NCBI GenBank assembly: GCA_045646245.1
Contig: JAZRKJ010000086.1
Coordinates: forward strand, 9,874-73,873
DNA: 64,000 nucleotides
Origin: Acutalibacteraceae bacterium
Lineage (GTDB): Bacteria > Bacillota > Clostridia > Oscillospirales > Acutalibacteraceae
Reading direction: 5' to 3'
Shown: positions 1-8,745 of the stretch, piece after piece
Layout: the number at the start of each line of letters is the position of its first letter
How positions within the stretch are numbered: the first letter of the stretch is position 1
Program-made: the position numbers and the translations under genes
Notes under the pieces: generated by a model
Told to the model about the DNA's origin: nothing
What the model saw: the letters and a program-made list of their open reading frames with translations, nothing else
Database searches by the model: none

Positions 1-2314
1 TAGCAGGACCGTCGGCAATAACTTCCTTTTCGGCAACCTTTTGACCAACGCTTACAATAGGCTTCTGGTTAATACAGGTTCCGTGGTTGGAACGAAGGAA
101 CTTAATAAGGTTGTATTCGTCAACCTCGCCGTTTTCGGTTTTAATACGGATAACGTCGGCAGAAACGTATTCAACGGTACCTGCACGGTTAGCAAGCACA
201 ACAACACCCGAGTCAACCGCAGCCTTATATTCCATACCGGTAGCAACAATGGGGCTTTCGGTTTTAAGAAGCGGAACAGCCTGCTTCTGCATGTTGGAGC
301 CCATAAGCGCACGGTTGGTATCATCGTTTTCAAGGAAGGGTATCATAGCGGTAGCTACAGATACAACCATCTTGGGGGAAACGTCCATAAAGTCAGCCTG
401 AGACGCTTCAACTTCAAGGAAGCCGTCACGGTAACGGGCATTAACCTTGGGACGAACGAAATAACCGTTTTCATCAAGAGGTTCGTTAGCCTGCGCTACA
501 TAATAATCGTCTTCTTCATCAGCGGTCATATAAACAACCTCTTCAAGAACCTTGCCGGTTGCTTTGTCAACCTTTCTGAAAGGTGCTTCAACAAAGCCGT
601 ATTCGTTAATACGGGCAAAGGTAGCAAGGTAAGAAATAAGACCGATGTTAGGACCTTCGGGAGTCTCAATGGGGCACATACGTCCGTAGTGGGTGTAGTG
701 AACGTCACGAACCTCGAAGGAAGCTCTGTCACGGGAAAGACCACCGGGGCCGAGCGCAGAAAGTCTACGCTTATGTGTAAGCTCGGAAAGAGGGTTGGTC
801 TGGTCCATAAACTGAGAAAGCGGTGAAGAACCGAAGAATTCTTTAATAGCCGCAACAACGGGACGGATATTTATAAGAGACTGAGGAGTCGCATTGTCAA
901 TATCCTGAGCCTGAAGGGTCATTTTGTCACGAACAACACGTTCCATACGGGAGAAACCGATACGGAACTGATTCTGAAGAAGTTCGCCAACGCAACGAAT
1001 ACGACGGTTACCTAAGTGGTCGATATCATCGGTACAGCCAACACCGTAGTTAAGACATACGAAGTAGTTGATAGATGCGAAAATATCGTCAACGGTAATG
1101 TGCTTGGGGATAAGGTTATCAACGTTAGCGGCAATTGCTTCACGGATAGCTTCTTCCCCTTCGTTGTTTTCAAGAATATCTTTAAGACAAGCAAAAGATA
1201 CGTCTTCGTTAATACGAAGGTCGGTTACGTCAAAGTCAATAAAGTCCTTAATATCAACCATACCGTTGGAAAGAACCTTAACTTCGTGCTCGTTTCCGTC
1301 AGCATCAACAGCGGATACGTATGCCTCGCAAACGCCTTTACGCTGAATGGAAACAGCAAGCTCCTTTGTAACCATTGTGCCTTCCGAAGCGAGAACTTCG
1401 CCGCTTAACGGATCGGCAACGGGACGTGTAAGGGTGTGGCCTATAAGACGCGCACCAATAGCAAGCTTCTTATTATACTTGTAACGACCTACACGGGAAA
1501 TATCATAACGACGAGCGTCAAAGAATAACTGTGCAAGATAATTTTCGGCGCCTTCGATAGTTACGGGTTCACTGGGGCGAAGCTTTTTATAAAGTTCAAC
1601 AAGAGCTTCTGCCTTGGTAGAAAGACCGTCAGCCTCCATGGTTTCCTTAAGACATTTGCCGTCGCCGAAAAGCTCGGTGATTTGTTCGTTGGTTTCAACG
1701 CCCAAAGCACGGATAAGAACGGTAACGGGAATCTTACGGTTCTTGTCGATACGAACGTAAACAACGTCGTTCATAGACATTTCGTATTCAAGCCAAGCAC
1801 CACGGTTAGGAATAATGGTAGAAGTATAAAGACGTTTACCGGTTTTCACGTCGGCAGTTACGTCATAGTATACACCGGGGGAACGAACGAGCTGAGAAAC
1901 TACGGTACGTTCAGCGCCGTTGATAACAAAAGTACCGGACTCGGTCATCAACGGGAAATCACCCATAAATACTTCACTTTCCTTGATTTCGCCTGTTTCA
2001 TTATTAAGCAGACGAGCGGTAACACGAAGGGGTGCAGCATAAGTAGTATCCCTAGCTTTGCACTCCGTTACATCATACTTCGGTTTTTCGTCAAGACGAT
2101 AGTCGATAAAATCAAGAACGAGATTACCGGTGTAATCGGTTATTGACGACATATCGCGAAAGACTTCCTTAAGTCCTTCTTCGATAAACCATTTGTATGA
2201 ATTCTTCTGAATCTCAATGAGGTTTGGCATATCGATAACTTCATTGATCTTGGAGAATGTCATACGAGTGTTTTTTCCCAGTTGTACAGGTTTTACCTTA
2301 ACTGTTGACTCCAT
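1..2314 (-). CDS. rpoB: DNA-directed RNA polymerase beta subunit, N-terminal ~771 codons; the 3' end runs off the window start
   Basis: My own minus-strand translation from ATG 2314 (GGAGGAG RBS at ~2328-2334) gives [48 protein letters not shown]. Further on it gives [39 protein letters not shown], a hallmark RpoB block. The frame stays open to position 1. The ORF track lacks it because no stop lies in the window, and the + strand ORFs listed here are antisense shadows. Confidence 0.95.
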   Translation of the reverse strand, partial: MESTVKVKPVQLGKNTRMTFSKINEVIDMPNLIEIQKNSYKWFIEEGLKEVFRDMSSITDYTGNLVLDFIDYRLDEKPKYDVTECKARDTTYAAPLRVTARLLNNETGEIKESEVFMGDFPLMTESGTFVINGAERTVVSQLVRSPGVYYDVTADVKTGKRLYTSTIIPNRGAWLEYEMSMNDVVYVRIDKNRKIPVTVLIRALGVETNEQITELFGDGKCLKETMEADGLSTKAEALVELYKKLRPSEPVTIEGAENYLAQLFFDARRYDISRVGRYKYNKKLAIGARLIGHTLTRPVADPLSGEVLASEGTMVTKELAVSIQRKGVCEAYVSAVDADGNEHEVKVLSNGMVDIKDFIDFDVTDLRINEDVSFACLKDILENNEGEEAIREAIAANVDNLIPKHITVDDIFASINYFVCLNYGVGCTDDIDHLGNRRIRCVGELLQNQFRIGFSRMERVVRDKMTLQAQDIDNATPQSLINIRPVVAAIKEFFGSSPLSQFMDQTNPLSELTHKRRLSALGPGGLSRDRASFEVRDVHYTHYGRMCPIETPEGPNIGLISYLATFARINEYGFVEAPFRKVDKATGKVLEEVVYMTADEEDDYYVAQANEPLDENGYFVRPKVNARYRDGFLEVEASQADFMDVSPKMVVSVATAMIPFLENDDTNRALMGSNMQKQAVPLLKTESPIVATGMEYKAAVDSGVVVLANRAGTVEYVSADVIRIKTENGEVDEYNLIKFLRSNHGTCINQKPIVSVGQKVAEKEVIADGPA

Positions 2315-2451
2315 AGGTTTTAAATCACTCCTCCAAATTTTTACGGTTTTCACCGCATTGACTCCGATGTGGCAAATGACAATTATAATTACATTATAAA
2401 TAATGTATAAGCATACTATGAGCCATAATACCCCATCATTAGCGAATACTA

Positions 2452-2480
2452 ATTATATTACACTTTCAAAATTAAGTCAA
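2452..2480 (-). promoter_or_regulatory. Candidate sigma-A promoter of rpoB (-35 TTGACT, 17-nt spacer, -10 TATAAT)
   Basis: The minus strand reads gcTTGACTtaattttgaaagtgtaaTATAATtag. This would give a ~130-nt 5' UTR before ATG 2314. Confidence 0.55.
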
Positions 2481-2510
2481 GCATTTTTTTACATATTTTA
2501 GAAAAAAATA

Positions 2511-2812
2511 AAACCACCCGATTTCGGGAGTTGGTCTTAGGGATAAATAGGTTTTTCAGATAAATTTGTACGCTTTCTTGTTTTGAAAACTTGTAAGACA
2601 CAAAGTATTACTGCGTTTTCGCAACTTCAAAATCGAAACAAATTTATTCTTACAAAACTGCTCGCACCTAAAAAAGATAAATTTTTAGTGGAATAAAAGG
2701 CGAAAAGCCGTGGTAATGCTGACGCATACCACGGCTTTTTAACACATTAGAACGCAAAAATTTGCTTTTTTAGGCTTTTTATCCCTAAGACCAACTCCCG
2801 AACGGGTGGTTT
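2511..2812. repeat. 302-bp non-coding element bounded by 35-37-nt near-perfect inverted repeats (MITE-like or large structured RNA)
   Basis: The arm at 2511-2547 is AAACCACCCGATTTCGGGAGTTGGTCTTAGGGATAAA. The arm at 2778-2812 is TTTATCCCTAAGACCAACTCCCGAACGGGTGGTTT. They are reverse complements except for a 2-nt indel. The interior has no ORF and contains nested pairings (2591-2598 with 2648-2655; 2612-2623). Confidence 0.7.
2703..2740. terminator. Rho-independent terminator-like hairpin, likely terminating the upstream PPIase lipoprotein gene
   Basis: AAAAGCCGTGGTA-atgctgacgca-TACCACGGCTTTT forms a 13-bp stem flanked by A and T runs, so it can work on either strand. Confidence 0.65.
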
Positions 2813-2818
2813 AAGGCT

Positions 2819-3823
2819 TTATTCAACAATTTTTGCTTTTTCAAACAAAGCGTCTACAACTTTATTGTTTACACAAATGTATTCAACGTAATTGTCGGTA
2901 TACGCTTTCTTAACTTCTTCTACGCTTACTTCGTTTAGCTTAGCCAGCTCTTCAACCTTTTTGGTTCTGTCCTCTTCGGTAACTTCAAGTCCCAGCTTAT
3001 CAAGAATTGCATACATTATTACTTCCTGAGAAAGAACGTCGTTTTTAAAGGTAGCTTCGTCAATACCGTTTGCGGTAAGGAAGTTTTCAAAGGTATAACC
3101 GTAATACTGGGCGTAGTCGGTATAATACTGCTTATGGTAAGAATAAGAATTTCCGTCGGAATCGGGAGGCAGCTTCTTGACTGTGCTGTTGTTGGTAACA
3201 AAATCGCTTATGGAATTTTTAATACATCTGTCCTTTAAGTCGGCAAGGTATTCATCCGCCGTTTTAAAGCCTGCCGCTACGGCAAAGTCATCGTTAACCT
3301 CGGCAAAGGGGCGCTTTACGGAATTTATGGTAACGGTAAATACGGCGTCGGTTCCCGAAAGCTTAATGGTTTTGCTTCCTGTTTCAAGGTCGGTAGAATC
3401 GTTATAGCCTACAGGGAAAGTAACCTCAATATCAACCGTATCGCCGATTTTAACGCCTATAAGCTGTTCTTCAAAGCCTTCAATAAACTGACCGGAGCCG
3501 ATAGTAAGCTCTTGCTTTTCGGCAGTACCGCCTGTAAAAGCAACGCCGTCAACCTTACCCGCATAATCGATATTGGTAATATCGCCGTCGGCAACAACGC
3601 CCTCTTCAAGGTTTTGGGTATAGGTAGCCAAATCATTTTCCATAGCGTTCTTATAAATTTCAATATATTCGGAGCCGTTAGTGTCTACCGTAATATTTTC
3701 AATATCACAAACCGTTACGTATTTTTCTAATCCGTTTACGTAATTAAGTCTGTCCTTTCCGCCGCAACCCGCCAAGGTAAGGGTTAAGGCAGCAGCCAAA
3801 AGAATTGCAAAAAACTTTTTCAT
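2819..3823 (-). CDS. Lipoprotein with trigger-factor-like FKBP-type PPIase and C-terminal chaperone domains
   Basis: The signal peptide carries a lipobox (MKKFFAILLAAALTLTLAGCGG). The PPIase block DGDITNIDYAGKVDGVAFTGGTAEKQELTIGSGQFIEGFEEQLIGVKIGDTVDIEVTFP matches the trigger factor PPIase domain pattern. It is followed by a VNDDFA linker and a helical C-terminal part. Confidence 0.75.
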   Translation of the reverse strand: MKKFFAILLAAALTLTLAGCGGKDRLNYVNGLEKYVTVCDIENITVDTNGSEYIEIYKNAMENDLATYTQNLEEGVVADGDITNIDYAGKVDGVAFTGGTAEKQELTIGSGQFIEGFEEQLIGVKIGDTVDIEVTFPVGYNDSTDLETGSKTIKLSGTDAVFTVTINSVKRPFAEVNDDFAVAAGFKTADEYLADLKDRCIKNSISDFVTNNSTVKKLPPDSDGNSYSYHKQYYTDYAQYYGYTFENFLTANGIDEATFKNDVLSQEVIMYAILDKLGLEVTEEDRTKKVEELAKLNEVSVEEVKKAYTDNYVEYICVNNKVVDALFEKAKIVE

Positions 3824-3837
3824 AATCTTTTCTCCCG

Positions 3838-4962
3838 TTAGTTATTATTGTTAAGCTGACCTGTGGATGCAGCTTTAAGGTAAGCGTTTATAAAGCCGTC
3901 AATGTCACCGTCCATAACGGCGTTGATGTTAGAATATTCAAAACCCGTTCTGTGGTCTTTTGCAAGAGTATAAGGCATAAATACGTATGAACGGATTTGC
4001 GAGCCCCATGCAATTTCCTTTTGAACGCCTTTGATATCTTCAATTTTATCAAGATGCTCACGTTCTTTAATTTCAACAAGCTTTGATTTTAACATACGAA
4101 GACATGTGTCTTTATTCTGGAACTGGCTTCGTTCGGTCTGACAGGCAACCACTATACCCGTAGGGATATGGGTAATTCTTACGGCTGAAGAGGTTTTGTT
4201 AATGTGCTGACCGCCTGCACCGCTGCTTCGGTAGGTATCAACCTTTAAATCCTCTTCACGTATGGTGATTTCAACGTCGTCGGTAATTTCGGGCATTACT
4301 TCAAGGGAAGCAAAGGAGGTGTGGCGCCTTCCCGAAGAGTCAAAGGGTGAAACACGCACAAGACGGTGAACACCGTGTTCGCTTTTAAGATACCCGTAAG
4401 CGTTAAGCCCTTCAATTGTAAGTGTGGCGCTTTTAAGACCTGCTTCGTCACCGTCAAGGAAGTCAACCATACTTGTTTTAAAGCCGTGGCGTTCTGCCCA
4501 GCGGGTAAAGAGACGAACAAGCATTTGGTTCCAGTCCTGCGCTTCGGTGCCCCCTGCTCCCGCATGGAAGGTAAGAATAGCGTTGTTTTTATCGTATTCA
4601 CCCACAAGCAGGGTTTCAAGCCTTTGGGCTTCAAGGCTGCTTTCAAAAGCGGTAAGCTCGGCGTTTATGTCGTCAAGCATTGATTCGTCTTCTTCTTCGT
4701 CCGCCATTTCAATAAGAACCAGAATATCGTCGTAGGACGCTACCAGCTTATCGTAAGCCTCAACCTTATTTTTCAAAGCCCCCAGCTTTTGCAGAATTAC
4801 CTGACTTTTTTCAGGGTCATCCCAAAAGCCGTTTTCGGCTGTTTTATACTCCAGCTTATCAATTTCCATTTTTGTAGAATCATAAGCAATGGCGTCTTTA
4901 AGGTCAACCATATCGTTGTAGTGAGACTGAATTCTTAATTTAAGCTCTTCAAAAACTAACAT
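3838..4962 (-). CDS. prfB: Peptide chain release factor 2, encoded in one continuous frame
   Basis: The SPF tripeptide (RVSPFDSSGRRHTSF) and the GGQ motif (SGAGGQHINKTSSAVRITHIPTG) are both present. An AAGGAG RBS precedes ATG 4962. Confidence 0.93.
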   Translation of the reverse strand: MLVFEELKLRIQSHYNDMVDLKDAIAYDSTKMEIDKLEYKTAENGFWDDPEKSQVILQKLGALKNKVEAYDKLVASYDDILVLIEMADEEEDESMLDDINAELTAFESSLEAQRLETLLVGEYDKNNAILTFHAGAGGTEAQDWNQMLVRLFTRWAERHGFKTSMVDFLDGDEAGLKSATLTIEGLNAYGYLKSEHGVHRLVRVSPFDSSGRRHTSFASLEVMPEITDDVEITIREEDLKVDTYRSSGAGGQHINKTSSAVRITHIPTGIVVACQTERSQFQNKDTCLRMLKSKLVEIKEREHLDKIEDIKGVQKEIAWGSQIRSYVFMPYTLAKDHRTGFEYSNINAVMDGDIDGFINAYLKAASTGQLNNNN

Positions 4963-4971
4963 AAATTCTCC

Positions 4972-5889
4972 TTATTTCTTAATAGCGAATGCAAACCAAT
5001 TGTCGCGTCTTAATTCCTGCTCAACCGTAAAGCCGTTTTGGACAATGGCGCTTTTAACCTCATTTGCACGTGAATCAATTATTCCCGAAGCAATAAGCAC
5101 AGCGCCGTCCTTCATAAAATTACCAACGTCTTTAAGAAGGCGGATAATAACGTCGGCAACAATATTGGCGCATATAATATTGAACCTTCCCGTAACCTTT
5201 TCGGCAAGGTCACCGTGAAGGAAAGAGATTTTTTCACCTACACCGTTCATTTTGGCGTTCTCCCCCGCTACCTTTACGGCGGCAGAGTCAATATCAACGC
5301 CAACGGCGTCTTCAGCGCCGAGAAGCACACCCGCTATACCGAGTATTCCGCTTCCGCACCCAATATCCAAAATGCTGTCCCCTGCTTTTGTATATTCCTC
5401 AAGAAGAGAAAGACAAAGCGAAGTGGTAGCGTGAGTTCCCGTTCCGAAAGCGGCGCCGGGGTCAATTTTAAGAACACTTCGGTTATTTTTGTTGTCGTAT
5501 TCTTCCCAAGCCGGAACAACGGCAAGGCGTTTGCCGATTTCGGTGGTGTGGAAAAACTTTTTCCAGTATTCATTCCAGTCAATATCGGCTACCGAAGCAA
5601 AGGATACCTCATAAGGGATATTTTCTTCACCGAAGCGTTCTTTTAAATAAGCCAAGGATTCGGTAAGGTTATCCGACTTATCAATATAAATATGAATTAA
5701 AGCCACGTTACGGTCTTTGGCAAGTAAGGCTTCATCAATAAGGTCAACGTGAGCAATTTCCCACGCAACGCTTTCCATATCGGAATAATCTTCAATATAA
5801 ATACCGTAAGGCACCGTCATATTGGCAATAGCCGAAGCGGTTTCAATACTATTTGAAGGTACCTTTATAATAATTTCAAACCAGTCCAT
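4972..5889 (-). CDS. prmA: Ribosomal protein L11 methyltransferase
   Basis: The protein starts MDWFEIIIKV and has the SAM-binding motif ILDIGCGSGILGIAG. An AAGGAG RBS precedes ATG 5889. The track start at 5928 adds 13 codons with no RBS. Confidence 0.88.
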   Translation of the reverse strand: MDWFEIIIKVPSNSIETASAIANMTVPYGIYIEDYSDMESVAWEIAHVDLIDEALLAKDRNVALIHIYIDKSDNLTESLAYLKERFGEENIPYEVSFASVADIDWNEYWKKFFHTTEIGKRLAVVPAWEEYDNKNNRSVLKIDPGAAFGTGTHATTSLCLSLLEEYTKAGDSILDIGCGSGILGIAGVLLGAEDAVGVDIDSAAVKVAGENAKMNGVGEKISFLHGDLAEKVTGRFNIICANIVADVIIRLLKDVGNFMKDGAVLIASGIIDSRANEVKSAIVQNGFTVEQELRRDNWFAFAIKK

Positions 5890-5959
5890 ATTGCGCTCCT
5901 TTACATATACTTTTATATAATAACACAAATTTGCAAATTTGCAAAGTATTTTTATGTTG

Positions 5960-5988
5960 TTGATTTATTTTTTGTAATAATGTATAAT
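5960..5988 (+). promoter_or_regulatory. Candidate sigma-A promoter of the P-type ATPase gene (-35 TTGATT, 17 nt, -10 TATAAT)
   Basis: The sequence is TTGATTtattttttgtaataatgTATAAT. The ATG at 5980 used by the ORF track lies between these two promoter hexamers, just upstream of the -10. Confidence 0.5.
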
Positions 5989-6075
5989 GGTTATAATTGG
6001 TCGAAACAGAAAAACAATTTACTGTTTCGACACCAAATCTTTGATTTGAAAGCAAATTATGGACGGAGGATTTCT

Positions 6076-8709
6076 GTGATTTATCATAGCACCGAAACAA
6101 GCGAAGTTTTATCTCATTTTGAAGTTGACCCTCAAAAGGGCTTGCCCACAGGGGTTGCAGACCAGCGTTATGCAAAATACGGCGGCAACGTACTGACAAA
6201 GGCTAAAAAGACTCCTTTGCTGTCCCACGTACAGGCTCAGCTTAAAAACCCCGTTAACCTTTTACTTATAACCTGCGCTTTAATGGCGCTTATAATAAAC
6301 TTTATTTACCCTGCCGCTCCCTTTTATTCCTTTATTCTTGTTATACTTATTCTGGCAGTAAACGTTGCCGTTTCGGTCATTCACCAGAATATAAGCGAAA
6401 ACACTTCACGTTCCCTTGAAACAATGAATATCCCCAGAGTAAAGGTTCTTCGTGACGGAATAATTAAAATAATTGATTCCGCCTATATTGTCCCCGGTGA
6501 TATTCTGGTTCTTGAAACGGGTGACTACGTTGCGGCTGACGCAAGGCTTATTGAGTCCTTTGATTTCAGATGTGACGAAACCTTCGTTACGGGAGAAGCG
6601 CTTACAGCCGAAAAAGAGCATTACGCAATTCTTGATGATATAACCCCCGTTGAAAAGCGTTCAAATATGGTGTTTTGCGGCAGTAACGTTATAACCGGTC
6701 ACGCCAGAGCAGTTGTTACCGAAACCGGTATGTATACAGAGCTTGGCAAAACGGTTACGTTGCAGGAAGAATACAACACCGTCAACGTTAAAATCAAAGA
6801 AAAGCTTTCAAAGCTCGGCAAGATTTCGGGTGTAATTCTTTGCATATTCTCTCTTCTTTCCTTCTTTACCTACGTGCTTATTAACTTCAGAAGCGACCTT
6901 CCCTTTATTACCACCCTTACGACTTCGGCGCTTAATTCGGTTGCCCTTCTGGTTTCGGTGCTTCCACACGGCTTGCCCGTTATGGCGTTGGTGGCTATGG
7001 GTACGTCGGTAAAGGCGCTTTTGCACAAGGGTATGCTCACCAAGGACTTTGCCGTATTCGATCGCCTTCCCGAAGTATCGGTTATTTGCGCCGACAAAAC
7101 CGGCACCTTAACAAAAGACCGTATGGTGGTTGAAAAGGTTTTTGACGGCAATGAGATTACCGATGCCGATATGGCGTTCAGCTCCCCCGACAGCGTCAGC
7201 GTTTTACGCCTTGCTTCCCTTTGCACCTCTCAGTCCAAAGCCGACGTTGACAGCCCAATGTACGGCGACGCAACCGAGCTTGCGATTATCCACGCCTTTG
7301 AGCAATCGGTTATTAAAGAGGAACGGGATATTGAAAACAACTACCCAACCCTTTCCAAGCTTCCCTTCGACACTCAAAGAAAAATTACTTTGTCGGTTAA
7401 TATGATAGACGGCGCACCTTACGCGATTATAAAGGGCGCACCCGACTTTTTAATTGCCGCAACCGGAAACGAAGGTAACGAAGCTCTTATTCAAACCGTA
7501 AATTCCTTTGCTGAAAGCGGTATGCGTGTTATAGCCGTTGCGTATAAAATACTTTCGGAAATTCCTTCTAACCTTGATTACTGTGACTTTGAAAGCGGTT
7601 TTACCTTTTCCGGACTTATTGCTTTAAGCGACCCGCCGCAGGACGACATAGTTTCTCTTATTAAGGAATGTGAGCAAGGCTCTGTTAAAACCGTTATGAT
7701 TACGGGCGACCACACCACCACCGCCGTTGCAGTAGCAAAGCGTCTTGGTATTTTAAAGAGTGACGACGCAATAATAAGCGGTGAAGAGCTTGATAAGCTT
7801 ACCGATGAAGAATTGACAGAATCGGTTGACAAATACAGCGTTTTTGCTCGTCTTTTGCCCGACCAAAAGCTGAGAATAGTTTCTGCCCTTAAAGCCAAGA
7901 GACACACCGTAGCAATTACGGGTGACAGCGTTAATGACGCCCCCGCACTGAAAGCGGCGGACGTAGGCATTGCAATGGGTAACCGAGGCACCGACGTTGC
8001 AAGAGGCGCAGCCGATATGATTATGAACGACAACGGCTTTGCCGCCATAATTACGGCTATTAAAACATCCCAAGGCTTGTTCTGCGCCATAAGAAAGACC
8101 CTTACCTACCTTTTAAGCAGTTATATAGGTAAAATTTTTGCCGTTTTAATCTGTCTTTTCTCCTTTGGGGCTTTTCCCCTTTCGGCGTTACAGTTCCTGC
8201 TCCTTAATCTTTTAACCGACACCTTCCCCGCTTTAAGCATACTTTCCGACGGTATTTACGAGCACAAGCCCTTAACGGGTAACAATAAAGCGGATAAATC
8301 ACTTTTGACTTCACGTTCTGCTTTAAGCATTGCCATACAGGGAATTATGATGGCAGCGGTTTCGGTTATTGCCTACGGAATTTCAAAGAACAGCGGCGCT
8401 GAATTTGCTTCCTCAATGATATTCACCGTGCTTGTTTCTTCCCAAATTCTTAATATGACAAGCGCAAAATTCGAAGGCTTGTTCTTTAGGTATAAGCACT
8501 TCCGCAAATTTACCCATACCGTTATTTTAGGTGCGCTTTGCCTTGTTTCTCTGTTCCTTGTTATTTCCCCCATGGGCGTACCCTTCGGCTTTGCCACCCT
8601 TCCCTTCGGCGACTTTATAAAAGCCGTACTCCTTTCACTTACGGTATTCGTAACAGGCGAAGGCACAAAGCTGGGCTTTTTGCTTTACGAAAAGCTGAAA
8701 AACAAATAA
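6076..8709 (+). CDS. Cation-transporting P-type ATPase, P2 (Ca2+-ATPase-like)
   Basis: It has the phosphorylation motif ICADKTGTLTKDRM, MITGDHTTTAVAVA, and the hinge TGDSVNDAPALKAADVGIAMG, with multiple TM segments at both ends. I placed the start at GTG 6076 (GGAGGA RBS at 6065-6070). The in-frame ATG at 5980 is an alternative. Confidence 0.88.
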   Translation: MIYHSTETSEVLSHFEVDPQKGLPTGVADQRYAKYGGNVLTKAKKTPLLSHVQAQLKNPVNLLLITCALMALIINFIYPAAPFYSFILVILILAVNVAVSVIHQNISENTSRSLETMNIPRVKVLRDGIIKIIDSAYIVPGDILVLETGDYVAADARLIESFDFRCDETFVTGEALTAEKEHYAILDDITPVEKRSNMVFCGSNVITGHARAVVTETGMYTELGKTVTLQEEYNTVNVKIKEKLSKLGKISGVILCIFSLLSFFTYVLINFRSDLPFITTLTTSALNSVALLVSVLPHGLPVMALVAMGTSVKALLHKGMLTKDFAVFDRLPEVSVICADKTGTLTKDRMVVEKVFDGNEITDADMAFSSPDSVSVLRLASLCTSQSKADVDSPMYGDATELAIIHAFEQSVIKEERDIENNYPTLSKLPFDTQRKITLSVNMIDGAPYAIIKGAPDFLIAATGNEGNEALIQTVNSFAESGMRVIAVAYKILSEIPSNLDYCDFESGFTFSGLIALSDPPQDDIVSLIKECEQGSVKTVMITGDHTTTAVAVAKRLGILKSDDAIISGEELDKLTDEELTESVDKYSVFARLLPDQKLRIVSALKAKRHTVAITGDSVNDAPALKAADVGIAMGNRGTDVARGAADMIMNDNGFAAIITAIKTSQGLFCAIRKTLTYLLSSYIGKIFAVLICLFSFGAFPLSALQFLLLNLLTDTFPALSILSDGIYEHKPLTGNNKADKSLLTSRSALSIAIQGIMMAAVSVIAYGISKNSGAEFASSMIFTVLVSSQILNMTSAKFEGLFFRYKHFRKFTHTVILGALCLVSLFLVISPMGVPFGFATLPFGDFIKAVLLSLTVFVTGEGTKLGFLLYEKLKNK

Positions 8710-8713
8710 AAAT

Positions 8714-8745
8714 AAAAACCTCCGTTCGGAGGTTTTATTTTTTAA
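8714..8745. terminator. Bidirectional rho-independent terminator between the convergent ATPase and uvrC genes
   Basis: AACCTCC-gttc-GGAGGTT is flanked by an A-run and a T-run. Confidence 0.75.

Noticed and set aside
41-2146. Several + strand ORFs (41-826, 87-401, 1016-1408, 1068-1346, 1682-2146) that cover the first 2 kb
   Set aside because: They are antisense shadows of rpoB, which reads continuously on the minus strand from 2314 to 1. Their translations are low-complexity (rich in N, V, G, F, K) with no recognisable motifs.
5980-6075. Longer N-terminus for the P-type ATPase (ATG 5980)
   Set aside because: That ATG lies between the predicted promoter hexamers, just upstream of the -10, and the 32 extra residues have no homology-like features. 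GTG 6076 has a GGAGGA RBS at the correct spacing. I kept ATG 5980 only as an alternative.
7578-8090. 170-aa minus-strand ORF inside the P-type ATPase gene
   Set aside because: It lies antisense to a well-supported CDS that carries the DKTGT and GDGxNDxP-type motifs.
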